From: Chloroflexota bacterium
GTDB taxonomy: Bacteria; Chloroflexota; Dehalococcoidia; SM23-28-2; RBG-16-64-32
DNA length: 64,000 bases
Direction: 5' to 3'
Assembly: GCA_022561635.1 (NCBI GenBank)
Contig: JADFQV010000002.1
Span: 2,546 to 66,545 of the forward strand
Within the stretch, counting starts at the first letter, position 1. Each line of letters opens with the position of its first letter. The notes beneath the pieces were generated by a model. The model saw only the letters and a list, made by a program, of their open reading frames with translations. It did no database searches and was not told the origin of the DNA. A program made the translations under genes and the position numbers. Positions 9,278-18,355 of the stretch are shown here, piece after piece.

Positions 9278-10552
9278 ATGGTGCAAACAGAAGCTGAAGC
9301 AGCGGCGGCCAAGGCCGCGACCGTGCCGGCAGCCGCAGCGGTCAACTTCTCGATGGAGCTGAACGATGAGCAGCGCCAGATGCAGAAGTGGGTCCACGAG
9401 TTCGCGAAGGACGTGATCCGGCCCGCCGCCCACGAGTGGGACGAGCGTGAGGAAACGCCGTGGCCGATCATCGAAGAGGCCGCCAAGGTTGGAATCTACT
9501 CCTGGGAGTTCGTGCAGAACTCGTTCGGCGACCCCACCGGCCTGATGATGCCGATCGTCAACGAGGAGCTCTTCTGGGGCGACGCCGGCATCGGCCTCTC
9601 GATCCTCGGCTCCAGCCTCGCCGTCGCGGGCATCGTCGCCAACGGCACGATGGAGCAGGTCGTCGAGTGGGTTCCGCAGTGCTTCGGCACCCCCGAGAAG
9701 ATCCAGCTCGGCGCGTTCGGCGTCAGCGAGGCGGACGCCGGCTCTGACGTCAGCTCGCTGAAGTCGCGGGCAATCTACAACGAAGCCAAAGACCAGTGGA
9801 CGCTGAACGGCACGAAGGCGTGGATCACGAACGGCGGTATCGCCGACGTGCACGTCCTCGTCGTCTCAGTCGAACCTGAACTGGGATCACGCGGCCACGC
9901 CGCGTTCGTGATCCCGCCGGGGACGAAGGGCATCAGCCAGGGACAGAAGTACAAGAAGCACGGCATCCGCGCCAGTCACACCGCTGAGGTCGTGCTGGAC
10001 GACTGCACCGTGCCGGGCAGCTGTCTGCTCGGCGGCAAGGAAAAGCTGGACGCCCGTATCGCCCGCGCCCGCGAGGGCAAGAGCTCGAAGTCGCAGGCAG
10101 CGATGGCCACCTTCGAAGCGACCAGGCCAGCCGTTGGCTCGCAGGCAGTAGGCGTGGCGCGCGCCGCTTACGAGTTCGCGCTCGAATACGCCAAGGAGCG
10201 AGTGCAGTTCGGCCGCCCGATCATCGAGAACCAGGCGATCGCCTTCAAGCTCGCCGACATGAAGACGACCATCGACGCCTCGCGGCTGCTGGTCTGGCGC
10301 GCGGCCTGGATGGGTAAGACCGGCCAGCCGTTCACCGCAGGCGAGGGCTCAATGTCGAAGCTGTTCGCCGGCGAGACCGCGGTCAGGGTCACCGATGAAG
10401 CGATCCAGATCCTCGGCGGCATGGGCTACATTCGCGACAACCCCGTGGAGCGCTGGCACCGAGACGCCAAGATCTACACGATCTTCGAGGGCACGTCCGA
10501 GATTCAACGCCTGGTGATCGCTCGCGCGATCTCCGGCATCCACATCAAGTAG
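9278..10552 (+). CDS. Acyl-CoA dehydrogenase
   Basis: ACAD pattern throughout: GAFGVSEADAGSDV, WITNGG, a C-terminal ...GGMGY..D.PVERWHRDAKIYTIFEGTSEIQ. GGAGG lies 7 nt before the ATG. Confidence 0.9.
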   Translation: MVQTEAEAAAAKAATVPAAAAVNFSMELNDEQRQMQKWVHEFAKDVIRPAAHEWDEREETPWPIIEEAAKVGIYSWEFVQNSFGDPTGLMMPIVNEELFWGDAGIGLSILGSSLAVAGIVANGTMEQVVEWVPQCFGTPEKIQLGAFGVSEADAGSDVSSLKSRAIYNEAKDQWTLNGTKAWITNGGIADVHVLVVSVEPELGSRGHAAFVIPPGTKGISQGQKYKKHGIRASHTAEVVLDDCTVPGSCLLGGKEKLDARIARAREGKSSKSQAAMATFEATRPAVGSQAVGVARAAYEFALEYAKERVQFGRPIIENQAIAFKLADMKTTIDASRLLVWRAAWMGKTGQPFTAGEGSMSKLFAGETAVRVTDEAIQILGGMGYIRDNPVERWHRDAKIYTIFEGTSEIQRLVIARAISGIHIK

Positions 10553-10577
10553 CAATCACGCGGCCAGAAGGAGGCCC

Positions 10578-10613
10578 GAACGGGCGCGGCGAAAGTCGTG
10601 CCCGTTCTCTTTG
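10578..10613 (+). terminator. Hairpin GAACGGGC-N14-GCCCGTTC followed by TCTTTG
   Basis: 8-bp perfect stem, 25 nt after the acyl-CoA dehydrogenase stop, in a convergent gap. Confidence 0.4.
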
Positions 10614-10643
10614 TCCGGTGCGAGGTGCTGTCGTTCGTGTGCG

Positions 10644-11633
10644 CTACGCCAGCCAGCGCGCGGCTTCTTTGGCGTGATAGGTGAGGATGATGTCGGCGCC
10701 GGCGCGCTTGATGCTCGTCAAGAGCTCCAGCGTGGCGCGCTCTTCCTCGAGGTAGCCGGCGGCGACCGCGGCCTTGAGCATCGCGTACTCGCCGCTGACG
10801 TTGTAGGCGGCCAGCGGCAGGTCGAAGCGCTGGCGAGCGCGCGCGATCAGGTCGAGGTTCGTCAGCGCCGGCTTCACCATCACGATGTCGGCGCCCTCTT
10901 CAATGTCAGACTCGATCTCGCGCATCGCCTCGCGGCTGTTCGCCGGGTCCATCTGGTAGCCGCGGCGATCGCCGAACTGCGGCGCCGATTCCGCAGCGAC
11001 ACGAAACGGACCGTAGAACGCCGACGCCTGCTTGGCGGCGTACGACATGATCGGCGTCGCCTCGAAGCTGGAACGGTCGAGCGCGGAGCGGATGGCGGCG
11101 ACCCGGCCGTCCATCATGTCGGACGGAGCGACGAGGTCAGCGCCCGCCTCCACGTGCGAGACGGCGGTCTGAGCCAGAAGGTCGATCGTGCGATCGTTGT
11201 CGACAGTGCCATCGTCGAGGACGATCCCGCAGTGACCGTGCGAGGTGTACTCGCACAGGCAGACGTCGGTGATCACGAGAAGGTCTGGCTGTGCGGCCTT
11301 GAGCGCGCGAACGGCCCGCTGGGCGATGCCTTCGGGGTCGTAGGCCTCGGAGCCGGCCTCGTCCTTGGCCGACGGTAGCCCGAAGATGAGGACGCCGCCG
11401 ATGCCGAGCGAAACGACTTCTTCGGCCTCGCGCACGGCCTGGTCAATCGAAAGCTGGTACTGGCCGGGCATCGAGGCGATCTCCGTGCGCACGCCTTCGC
11501 CGGGCGTGACAAAGAGCGGATACACGAACTCGGCCGGCGACAACCGCGTCTCCCGCACGAGCGAGCGCATAGCCTCGCTGGAGCGCAGCCGCCGGAAGCG
11601 CCGGAACGTCTCGGTCGCGCGTGTGGTGGTCAT
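10644..11633 (-). CDS. hemB: Porphobilinogen synthase (delta-aminolevulinate dehydratase)
   Basis: Full-length match to the HemB pattern: RRLR...PLFV..G, CLCEYTSHGHCG, VAPSDMMDGRV, SYAAK.AS.FYGPFR, GADI..VKPA. Confidence 0.95.
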   Translation of the reverse strand: MTTTRATETFRRFRRLRSSEAMRSLVRETRLSPAEFVYPLFVTPGEGVRTEIASMPGQYQLSIDQAVREAEEVVSLGIGGVLIFGLPSAKDEAGSEAYDPEGIAQRAVRALKAAQPDLLVITDVCLCEYTSHGHCGIVLDDGTVDNDRTIDLLAQTAVSHVEAGADLVAPSDMMDGRVAAIRSALDRSSFEATPIMSYAAKQASAFYGPFRVAAESAPQFGDRRGYQMDPANSREAMREIESDIEEGADIVMVKPALTNLDLIARARQRFDLPLAAYNVSGEYAMLKAAVAAGYLEEERATLELLTSIKRAGADIILTYHAKEAARWLA

Positions 11634-13189
11634 GAGGTCACTTTCTGGCCCGTCAGGTGCGCCGCAAGCGCCTCGACGAGGCCTTCTACAGTGTACTCCG
11701 AGGCCATGACGTCAACGGTCAGGCCGTTTTCCCGCGCGGTGTCCGCCGTGATCGGGCCGATGCAGGCGATCAGCGGACGCGACTCGCCTTTGAGGGCGGC
11801 CGCATCGGAACCGAGAATGGCGAGCAGGTTGCGCACGGTGGATGACGAAGTGAACGTCACGATGTCGATGCGGCCCTCGCGGATCGCGGCGAGCACCTTG
11901 GGGTCGGGCCCGGACGGAACGGCGGCGCGGTAGACCGTGATCTCGTCGACCGTCGCGCCCAGCGCCTCCAGGCCGGTCACGAGTTCGGCGCGGGCGGACT
12001 CGGCCCGCGGCAGGAGCACCCCGTCGCCCTCGCTCACGTGCGGGCGCATCGCTTCGACTACGGCCTCGGCGACGTACTCGTCCGGAACAACGTCCGCGGT
12101 TATTCCGTGCGACCGCAAGGCGTCGGCCGTTGCCGGCCCGATCGCAAAGACACGCGTGCCGCCGAAGGACCGGGCGTCGAAGCCGCGCTCGGCAAGATGC
12201 TCGAACGTCAGCTCCACGGCGTTGGCGCTCGTGAACCCACACCAGGCGTAGCCGCCGTCGCGGAGACGGTCGATGGCCGCAGCAAGCGGCACCGTGTCGG
12301 CGACCGGCTCGATCTCGATCGCCGGCAGCTCGATGGGGAGCGCGCCCTGCGCGGCGAGCAGGCGCGCCAGCTCGCTCGCCTGCCGCCTCGTCCGCGTGAT
12401 AAGGACGCGCTTGCCGAAGAGCGGGCGGTCTTCGAACCAGGAGAGGTTCTCACGAAGGCGCACGACCTCGCCGACGACGGTGATCGCGGGCGGCGTCAGG
12501 CCTGCTTCGGCGACGCGCTCGGCGATGTCCGCAAGCGTGCCGGTGACGGTGCTCTGCTCGGGCGTCGTGCCCCAGCGGATGACGGCGACAGGCGTCGTTT
12601 CCGGGCGGCCGTTGGCGACGAGGTTGGTGACGATCTCCGGCAGGTTCTTGACGCCCATCAGGAAGACGAGCGTGTCGACGGCAGCGGCGAGGTGCGACCA
12701 GTCGACGGCGGACTGGGGCTTGCCAGGCTCCTCGTGGCCGGTGATGACGGCGAAGCTGGCGGCGACGCCACGATGCGTGACGGGAATTCCGGCGTAGGCA
12801 GGGACTGCAACTGCGGAGGTGATGCCGGGTACGATCTCAAACGGGATGCCGGCGGCGCGCAACGCCTCGGCTTCCTCGCCGCCGCGGCCAAAGACAAACG
12901 GGTCGCCGCCTTTCAACCGGACGACGCGCCTGCCCTCGCGCGCCTTATCGGCGAGAATCTGGTTGATCGCGTCCTGATCGTGCGAGACATCGGCGCCACT
13001 GACCTGGCCGGGAACCTTGCCCACGTATATCAGCTCGGCGTCCGCTCTCGCATAGTCGAGGAGGCGCTCGCTGATCAGGCGGTCGTAGACGATCACGTCC
13101 GCCTCGCGGATGCGGTCCAGTCCGGCCACCGTGATCAAGCCTGGATCGCCCGGCCCGGCACCAACGAGGTAAACGATGCCCGCACTCAC
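11630..13189 (-). CDS. cobA/hemD: Fusion of uroporphyrinogen-III C-methyltransferase and uroporphyrinogen-III synthase
   Basis: N-terminal half is SUMT (VYLVGAGPGDPGLITV...RLKGGDPFVFGRGGEE). C-terminal half is HemD-like (KRVLITR... repeated alpha/beta). ATGA overlap with hemB. Confidence 0.9.
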   Translation of the reverse strand: MSAGIVYLVGAGPGDPGLITVAGLDRIREADVIVYDRLISERLLDYARADAELIYVGKVPGQVSGADVSHDQDAINQILADKAREGRRVVRLKGGDPFVFGRGGEEAEALRAAGIPFEIVPGITSAVAVPAYAGIPVTHRGVAASFAVITGHEEPGKPQSAVDWSHLAAAVDTLVFLMGVKNLPEIVTNLVANGRPETTPVAVIRWGTTPEQSTVTGTLADIAERVAEAGLTPPAITVVGEVVRLRENLSWFEDRPLFGKRVLITRTRRQASELARLLAAQGALPIELPAIEIEPVADTVPLAAAIDRLRDGGYAWCGFTSANAVELTFEHLAERGFDARSFGGTRVFAIGPATADALRSHGITADVVPDEYVAEAVVEAMRPHVSEGDGVLLPRAESARAELVTGLEALGATVDEITVYRAAVPSGPDPKVLAAIREGRIDIVTFTSSSTVRNLLAILGSDAAALKGESRPLIACIGPITADTARENGLTVDVMASEYTVEGLVEALAAHLTGQKVTS

Positions 13190-14118
13190 GCGGTCGCCTC
13201 CAGCAGCGCCTCAGCGCCCTGTGCGATCAGGTATTCGGCGAGGCGGAGGCCCAGCGCATCGGCTTCGCCCGCGGGACTCTCCATCTCACCGCGCAGAAGA
13301 CGTCCCTTGCCGCCGACGAGGCCACGCAGGCGCAGTGGCGCGCGCTCAGGCGACGGCCCGTAGCCGACGGTAGCGTAGGCGGCGATCGCGGCGTGACAGC
13401 CGCCGCCCAAGCGGCGCTCAAAGCCGCGCTCGGCGGTCACAGCGACGCGCGTCTCGCGGTCGTCTACGGCGCGCACGAGATCGAGGGCTTCGGAATCGTC
13501 CGATCGCACCTGCAACGCGAGCGCAGCCTGACCGACGGCCGGCAGCATCTCCTCAGGCTCGAAGATCTGCGAGGCGCGTTCCAGCCAACCGAGGCGCGCG
13601 AGGCCAGCCGCCGCCAGCACGACGGCGTCGTATTCGCCCTCCTCAGCCTTGCGGATTCGTGTGTCAACGTTGCCCCTGATATCGCGCACTTCGATGTCGC
13701 TGCGAAGAGCCGTGAGCTGCGCGGCCCTACGGGGGCTGCCAGTGCCAATCGCGGCGCCGGACGGCAGCGCGGCGAGCGACGAGCCGTCGCGGGAGACGAG
13801 GACGTCCCGCGGATCGTCGCGAGGGAGTACTGAGGCGACCGTCAGGCCATCAGTCTCGGCGCTGGGCAGGTCCTTGAGGCTGTGAACGGCGAGGTCGATC
13901 TCGCCCTCTAGCAGCGCCCGTTCAATTTCGATCACGAAGACGCCACGGCCACCGATCTCGGCGAGCGATTCCTGGGAGCGGTCACCGGACGTGGATATCT
14001 TGCGCGTGTCGAACGCTGAGGCAGGGTGAGCGGCAGAAAGAGCTTCGAGCGCGATCTCTGTCTGACGGGTAGCGAGGCGGGAGCCGCGGGTGCCTACCGT
14101 GAAAGTCCGGGCGGACAC
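13186..14118 (-). CDS. hemC: Hydroxymethylbilane synthase (porphobilinogen deaminase)
   Basis: VGTRGSRLA..Q......I.T.GD; AVHSLKDLP; GTGSPRR..QL; RGNVDTR; GGC..PIAAYA. Confidence 0.95.
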   Translation of the reverse strand: MSARTFTVGTRGSRLATRQTEIALEALSAAHPASAFDTRKISTSGDRSQESLAEIGGRGVFVIEIERALLEGEIDLAVHSLKDLPSAETDGLTVASVLPRDDPRDVLVSRDGSSLAALPSGAAIGTGSPRRAAQLTALRSDIEVRDIRGNVDTRIRKAEEGEYDAVVLAAAGLARLGWLERASQIFEPEEMLPAVGQAALALQVRSDDSEALDLVRAVDDRETRVAVTAERGFERRLGGGCHAAIAAYATVGYGPSPERAPLRLRGLVGGKGRLLRGEMESPAGEADALGLRLAEYLIAQGAEALLEATA

Positions 14119-14133
14119 AACTGAGGCCGCCTT

Positions 14134-15423
14134 CTAGTGGCCGCCCGCCGGGTTGCGCGGCCGCGAGCCCGAGGGGTGGACGTCGAAGAGGTCCTCCAGC
14201 GCTTCCATGTACAACCCCTTGTCGGAGCCGTTCTTGAGGCGGGCGATCGGCCGGTCGAGCATCTTCTTGACGATCGCTGCGGTCATCGCCTCGATCCGCT
14301 TTCGGTCTGTGTCATCGAGGTCCATCTTGCCGAGGGTGCGCTTGATTTCGCGCAGGCGGATCGCCTCGGCGCGTTCCCGCAGGGCGGAAATTACGGGCAC
14401 GACGTCGAGCGAACGCCACCACTCTTCGAAGGCGGCGACTTCCTCGCTGACGATCGCCTCGACGTTCTCGACCTCGGCGCGGCGGCCGCTCCGGCCCTCG
14501 TTCGTGACAGCTTCGATGTCGTCGATGTCGCAGAGGTGGACGCCCGAGATGTCGCGGACGGACGGGTCGACGTCACGTGGCACGGCGATGTCGATGAAGA
14601 GGAGGCCACGGCCGGAACGGCTCTCCATCACCGGCTTCACGTCGTCGGGCCCGATCACGAACCCTTCAGCGCTCGTACCGCTGATCACGATGTCGGAGAC
14701 CGCCAGAGCTTCGCGCAGATGGTCGAAATCGACGGCCTCGGTCCCGGGACCAAGCTGCTCCGCGAGCGCCGCCGCCCGTTCCTGCGTGCGGTTGGCGACG
14801 AGGATGTGCGACTGGGTCTGCTGCGCCAGCGCGCGGGCCGCCAGCTTTCCCATGCTTCCGGCACTGATGACGAGTACGGTCTTGCCGGTCAGGTCGCCGA
14901 GCGACTTCTTGGCGAGTGCCACAGCCGCCGAGCCAACGGATACGGCGTGACGGCCGATGTCCGTCTCGGAGCGAGCCCGCTTGCCGGCGTGAATCGCGGA
15001 GTGAAAGAGATAGGACAGCGTGCCGTTGAGGGTAGCGGCGTCGGTGGCGATGGACATCGCCTCTCGCACCTGGCCGAGTATCTGGGACTCGCCCAGCACC
15101 ATCGAGTCGATGCCGCTGGCCACGCGCAAGAGGTGCTTAGCGGCGGCGGCGTGCTGGAGCACGTAAAAGTGCTTGTCGCTTACGGAGGCCCCCTTCGCGT
15201 CGTTTAGCAGACGGATCAGGTCGCCGCCCTCGCCTTCCGGCACTGTGGCGTACAGCTCGGTGCGGTTGCAGGTAGAGAGCAGGACCGCGCCACCAAGGTC
15301 GGCGGCAATCTGCGGGAGCAGCTCACGCAACTCGTCGCCCGTGAAGGCCAGCGTCTCACGCTCCTCGATGGGCGAGGTGACGTGGTTCAAGCCGACGCAG
15401 GTGACCAGCAGGTTCTTGCTCAT
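14134..15423 (-). CDS. hemA: Glutamyl-tRNA reductase
   Basis: LSTCNRTELY active-site motif, GESQILGQV, and an NADPH domain VLVISAGSMGKLAA. ATGA overlap with the upstream gene. Confidence 0.95.
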   Translation of the reverse strand: MSKNLLVTCVGLNHVTSPIEERETLAFTGDELRELLPQIAADLGGAVLLSTCNRTELYATVPEGEGGDLIRLLNDAKGASVSDKHFYVLQHAAAAKHLLRVASGIDSMVLGESQILGQVREAMSIATDAATLNGTLSYLFHSAIHAGKRARSETDIGRHAVSVGSAAVALAKKSLGDLTGKTVLVISAGSMGKLAARALAQQTQSHILVANRTQERAAALAEQLGPGTEAVDFDHLREALAVSDIVISGTSAEGFVIGPDDVKPVMESRSGRGLLFIDIAVPRDVDPSVRDISGVHLCDIDDIEAVTNEGRSGRRAEVENVEAIVSEEVAAFEEWWRSLDVVPVISALRERAEAIRLREIKRTLGKMDLDDTDRKRIEAMTAAIVKKMLDRPIARLKNGSDKGLYMEALEDLFDVHPSGSRPRNPAGGH

Positions 15424-16100
15424 GATAGTTCAGGGACAGCCTGTCCCGAAGGCGAAAAGAGGAGATCGAGGAAGCGCGCCTTCGCCTCATCGCGCTTACC
15501 CTCCCGGATCAGCTTCTTGACGATGCCATCGAGCGCAGCGTTCCACACGTCGAGGTTGTCGCGCTGGCAACGCGGGCAGCCTTCGACTTCGAGCCCGCGC
15601 CCGCGGGTCTCACTGCGAATCTCGGCCGCCAGTTCGAGAAGCGCCGCGTCGTCGTCAGTCAGGAACGTCTCAAGGTCTTCGCGCACCTTGCGGGCCATCG
15701 CCGGGCTCTTGCCAGCGGTCGAGATGGCCAGCGTCAGGTCGCCCTTGCGAATGACGCCGGGCATGACGAAGTCGCAGTTAGGCACGTCATCAACGGCGTT
15801 GACCCAGATGTGGCGTTCGCGGCCCTCCGCCCAGACCTTCTCGTTCTCAGCGCGGCTGTCGGTCGCGACGAACACGAGCTCGTATCCCGCGATGTCGCCG
15901 GGCTCGTACTCGCGCTCGATGTGTGTGAGCTGACCGGCGTCGCGCAGCTCGGTCAGAGTCTCGTTCAACTCCGGGCTGACGATCGTGACCTTGGCACCGG
16001 CATCCAGCAGGCCACCGATCTTCTGTTCAGCAATGGTGCCGCCGCCGATAACGACGACTGGCTTATCGGCGATGTCCAGAAAGACAGGGTAGTAGCGCAT
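15420..16100 (-). CDS. Precorrin-2 dehydrogenase / sirohydrochlorin ferrochelatase (CysG N-terminal / SirC / Met8-like)
   Basis: YPVFLDIADKPVVVIGGGTIAEQKIGGLLDAGAKVTIVSPE...VFVATD...VNAVDDVPNCDF..P. Confidence 0.85.
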   Translation of the reverse strand: MRYYPVFLDIADKPVVVIGGGTIAEQKIGGLLDAGAKVTIVSPELNETLTELRDAGQLTHIEREYEPGDIAGYELVFVATDSRAENEKVWAEGRERHIWVNAVDDVPNCDFVMPGVIRKGDLTLAISTAGKSPAMARKVREDLETFLTDDDAALLELAAEIRSETRGRGLEVEGCPRCQRDNLDVWNAALDGIVKKLIREGKRDEAKARFLDLLFSPSGQAVPELS

Positions 16101-16103
16101 CGA

Positions 16104-16781
16104 TCAGGCGAGGCGATCCTTGACGGCCGGGCCCGCCATCTCAGCTTCCTCGTATGACTCGGCGATGGAGAGAAGGACCTGGTCGCCCAGGTTCGTCAGC
16201 AGCTCCCAGAGCTCGATCGCCTTGTCGCTTGTGAGGTTGCTCTTCTGCGCCTCTTCCATCGCCGTTTCGTCCAGAGTCCGGCGGAAGAAGGTGAACGCCT
16301 CGATGGCGTCGCGCAGGCTGAGACCGTCCCGGACAAGAAGCGCGCCGTACTCGCGAGCAATGGCACGCGCTTCTTCCATCAGGTGCGGGCGGTTGGCGCC
16401 GGCGGCGAGGTACGCCGACACGAGGGTGACGAGGCGCCGGCCCAGTGGCCGCAGGTTATCGCGCTCCTCCTGCGTGAGTCCGTCATACCAATGCGCGCCC
16501 TCGCCGCTTCCGCGCTGCAGGCGGCGACGGATGCGCGTGAGCGCAACGCTGCCGATCGAGTCGTAGGGCTCGCGGGAGGCGGGCACCTGCCCGGACATCA
16601 GGCCACGCAGGTCCTCCTCTGAGAAGCGACGGTGGCCACCCGGGGTGCGAAAAGAGCGCACGTGCCCGGCATCAGCCCAGCGGCGAAGCGTCGATTCGTT
16701 GACGCCAAGCAGTTTGCAGGCTTGACCGAGGGTTATCCAGCGCGGGGACGGTTCATTTTCGTCGCGAAAACGAACATTCAT
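16104..16781 (-). CDS. Excisionase/MerR-type HTH DNA-binding protein with a C-terminal helical (sensor-like) domain; first gene of the tetrapyrrole operon
   Basis: WITLGQACKLLGVNESTLRRWADAGHVRSFRTPGGHRRF is an HTH_17-type motif. The remaining ~150 aa are helical. The stop is 3 nt from the next start. GAGG SD. Confidence 0.7.
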   Translation of the reverse strand: MNVRFRDENEPSPRWITLGQACKLLGVNESTLRRWADAGHVRSFRTPGGHRRFSEEDLRGLMSGQVPASREPYDSIGSVALTRIRRRLQRGSGEGAHWYDGLTQEERDNLRPLGRRLVTLVSAYLAAGANRPHLMEEARAIAREYGALLVRDGLSLRDAIEAFTFFRRTLDETAMEEAQKSNLTSDKAIELWELLTNLGDQVLLSIAESYEEAEMAGPAVKDRLA

Positions 16782-16854
16782 GGGCGAACCTCACTAAATT
16801 TCACGAATCGATGGGGCGGGGCGCTGTTCTGAGCAAGATTTTAGACACTCCGCC

Positions 16855-16870
16855 GCGTTGATGTCAACGC
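16855..16870. promoter_or_regulatory. Perfect palindrome GCGTTGA-TG-TCAACGC in the divergent regulator/ribH intergenic region
   Basis: 7-bp arms with a 2-nt spacer, 74 nt upstream of the regulator ATG (16781). Candidate operator. Confidence 0.3.
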
Positions 16871-16964
16871 AGGTTTGCCCAGTTCGCCTATACGAATCCG
16901 GCAATCGTGGCAAAAACACCTCTATGGGCCGCCTGCATCGCGCCTGTGCTACGCTGACCTCGCC

Positions 16965-17426
16965 GTGAGCAGAGACACCCCGGAGCCAAATCTGGACGGC
17001 TCGGCGCTCCGCATCGCCGTCGTCGTGGCGCGCTTCAACGAAGATATCACCTCGCGCCTGCTAGTGGGCGCGCTGAAGGCGGCTGAGCGCCACGCCGTGA
17101 AGGAGCACACGGTCAACTGGGTGCCGGGCGCCTTTGAGCTGCCTGTCGTCGCCCAAAAGCTCGCCAAATCGGGTCGTTTCGACGCCGTCGTCTGCCTCGG
17201 CTGCGTCGTGCGTCACGAAACGGACCACTACCGCTACATCGCCGGCGAGTCGGCGTCCGGCATCCAGCGCGCCTCCCTGGATACAGGCGTGCCGTGCATC
17301 TTCGGCGTCATCACCTGCGACACGAAAGAACAAGCGCTAGAGCGCTCCGGCGGCGAGCAGGGGAACAAGGGCGAGGACGCCATGCGAACAGCCATCGAGA
17401 CGGCGAACCTCTTGCGTTCGCTGTAG
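16965..17426 (+). CDS. ribH: 6,7-dimethyl-8-ribityllumazine synthase
   Basis: LRIAVVVARFNEDIT..L..GA...........V.WVPGAFELP........FDAVVCLGCV.R.ET.HY.Y. The GTG at 16965 gives the canonical ~153-aa length. Confidence 0.9.
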   Translation: MSRDTPEPNLDGSALRIAVVVARFNEDITSRLLVGALKAAERHAVKEHTVNWVPGAFELPVVAQKLAKSGRFDAVVCLGCVVRHETDHYRYIAGESASGIQRASLDTGVPCIFGVITCDTKEQALERSGGEQGNKGEDAMRTAIETANLLRSL

Positions 17427-17440
17427 GACGCCTCCCCCAC

Positions 17441-17446
17441 TACAAT
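17441..17446 (+). promoter_or_regulatory. -10-like hexamer TACAAT, 6 nt upstream of the GTG at 17453 (leaderless candidate)
   Basis: cacTACAATcgttccGTG; no SD. Confidence 0.4.
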
Positions 17447-17452
17447 CGTTCC

Positions 17453-18355
17453 GTGAGTGAGCTTGCTGTCGAAGTACGGGGGCTGCGCAAGGCCTATGGG
17501 CCCGTCGTGGCCGTGGACGGGATCGATCTGTCCGTCCGGCGTGGCGAGATCTTCGCCCTGATCGGCCCCAACGGCGCTGGCAAGACGACGACGCTGGAAA
17601 TCCTTGAGGGGCACCGCCGCGCCGACGCCGGCCACGTCCGCGTGCTGGACGTGGACCCGGCACGAAACGACATCGCCTTCAAGGCACGCATCGGCATCGT
17701 CCTCCAGAGCACAAGCATCCAGCCTTACCTGACGGTGGAGGAGACAGTCGAGCAGTTCCGCGGCTACTACCCGGCCCCACGCCCGCTCGACGAGTTGATC
17801 GACATCGTCGGGCTGGATGCGTCGCGCACGAAACTTGTACGGCGTCTCTCCGGCGGCCAGCAAAGGCGACTGGACGTGGCGATCGGCCTGGCCGGCGACC
17901 CCGAACTGCTCTTTCTTGACGAACCAACGACCGGCTTCGACCCGGCCGCCCGGCGCGGCGCCTGGGAGATGATCCGCGGCCTGAAGGCGCTGGGCAAGAC
18001 TGTGCTCCTGACCACGCACTACATGGACGAGGCTCAGGCGCTGGCCGACACCGTGTCGATCATCCGCGGGGGGCTGATCGTCGCCGAGGGAACGCCGGAC
18101 GAGCTGCGCGCCAGCCAGGCCGAAACGGTGATCTCGTTCCGCTTCGCCGGCTCTTCCGCCGATCTGCCGCCGGCCGCCTCTGCTGCCACGATTGAGAACG
18201 GCCGCGCCGTGATACACACTACGGACCCGACGACCGCCCTGCAAGAGCTGACCGGCTGGGCGAAGGGGCGAGGCGAGGCGCTCGAAGGCCTCAGCGTGAC
18301 ACCGGCGTCGCTCGAAGACGTGTACCTGGGGCTGACGGGGGACGAAGCCCAATGA
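17453..18355 (+). CDS. ABC transporter ATP-binding protein (DrrA/ABC-2 type)
   Basis: GPNGAGKTTT Walker A, LSGGQQRRLDVA signature, LLFLDEPTTGFD Walker B. Confidence 0.85.
   Translation: MSELAVEVRGLRKAYGPVVAVDGIDLSVRRGEIFALIGPNGAGKTTTLEILEGHRRADAGHVRVLDVDPARNDIAFKARIGIVLQSTSIQPYLTVEETVEQFRGYYPAPRPLDELIDIVGLDASRTKLVRRLSGGQQRRLDVAIGLAGDPELLFLDEPTTGFDPAARRGAWEMIRGLKALGKTVLLTTHYMDEAQALADTVSIIRGGLIVAEGTPDELRASQAETVISFRFAGSSADLPPAASAATIENGRAVIHTTDPTTALQELTGWAKGRGEALEGLSVTPASLEDVYLGLTGDEAQ

Noticed and set aside
12038-15207. Long plus-strand ORFs opposite the heme operon (12038-13363, 14137-15207, 14153-14950).
   Set aside because: The heme biosynthesis genes on the minus strand are unambiguous. 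The plus-strand translations are low-complexity.
16782-16964. Possible FMN riboswitch upstream of ribH.
   Set aside because: I could not find the conserved FMN-element core (the AGGGCGGGGCGAAATTCCCCACCGGCGGTA-like segments). The region is only ~180 nt and is shared with a divergent promoter.
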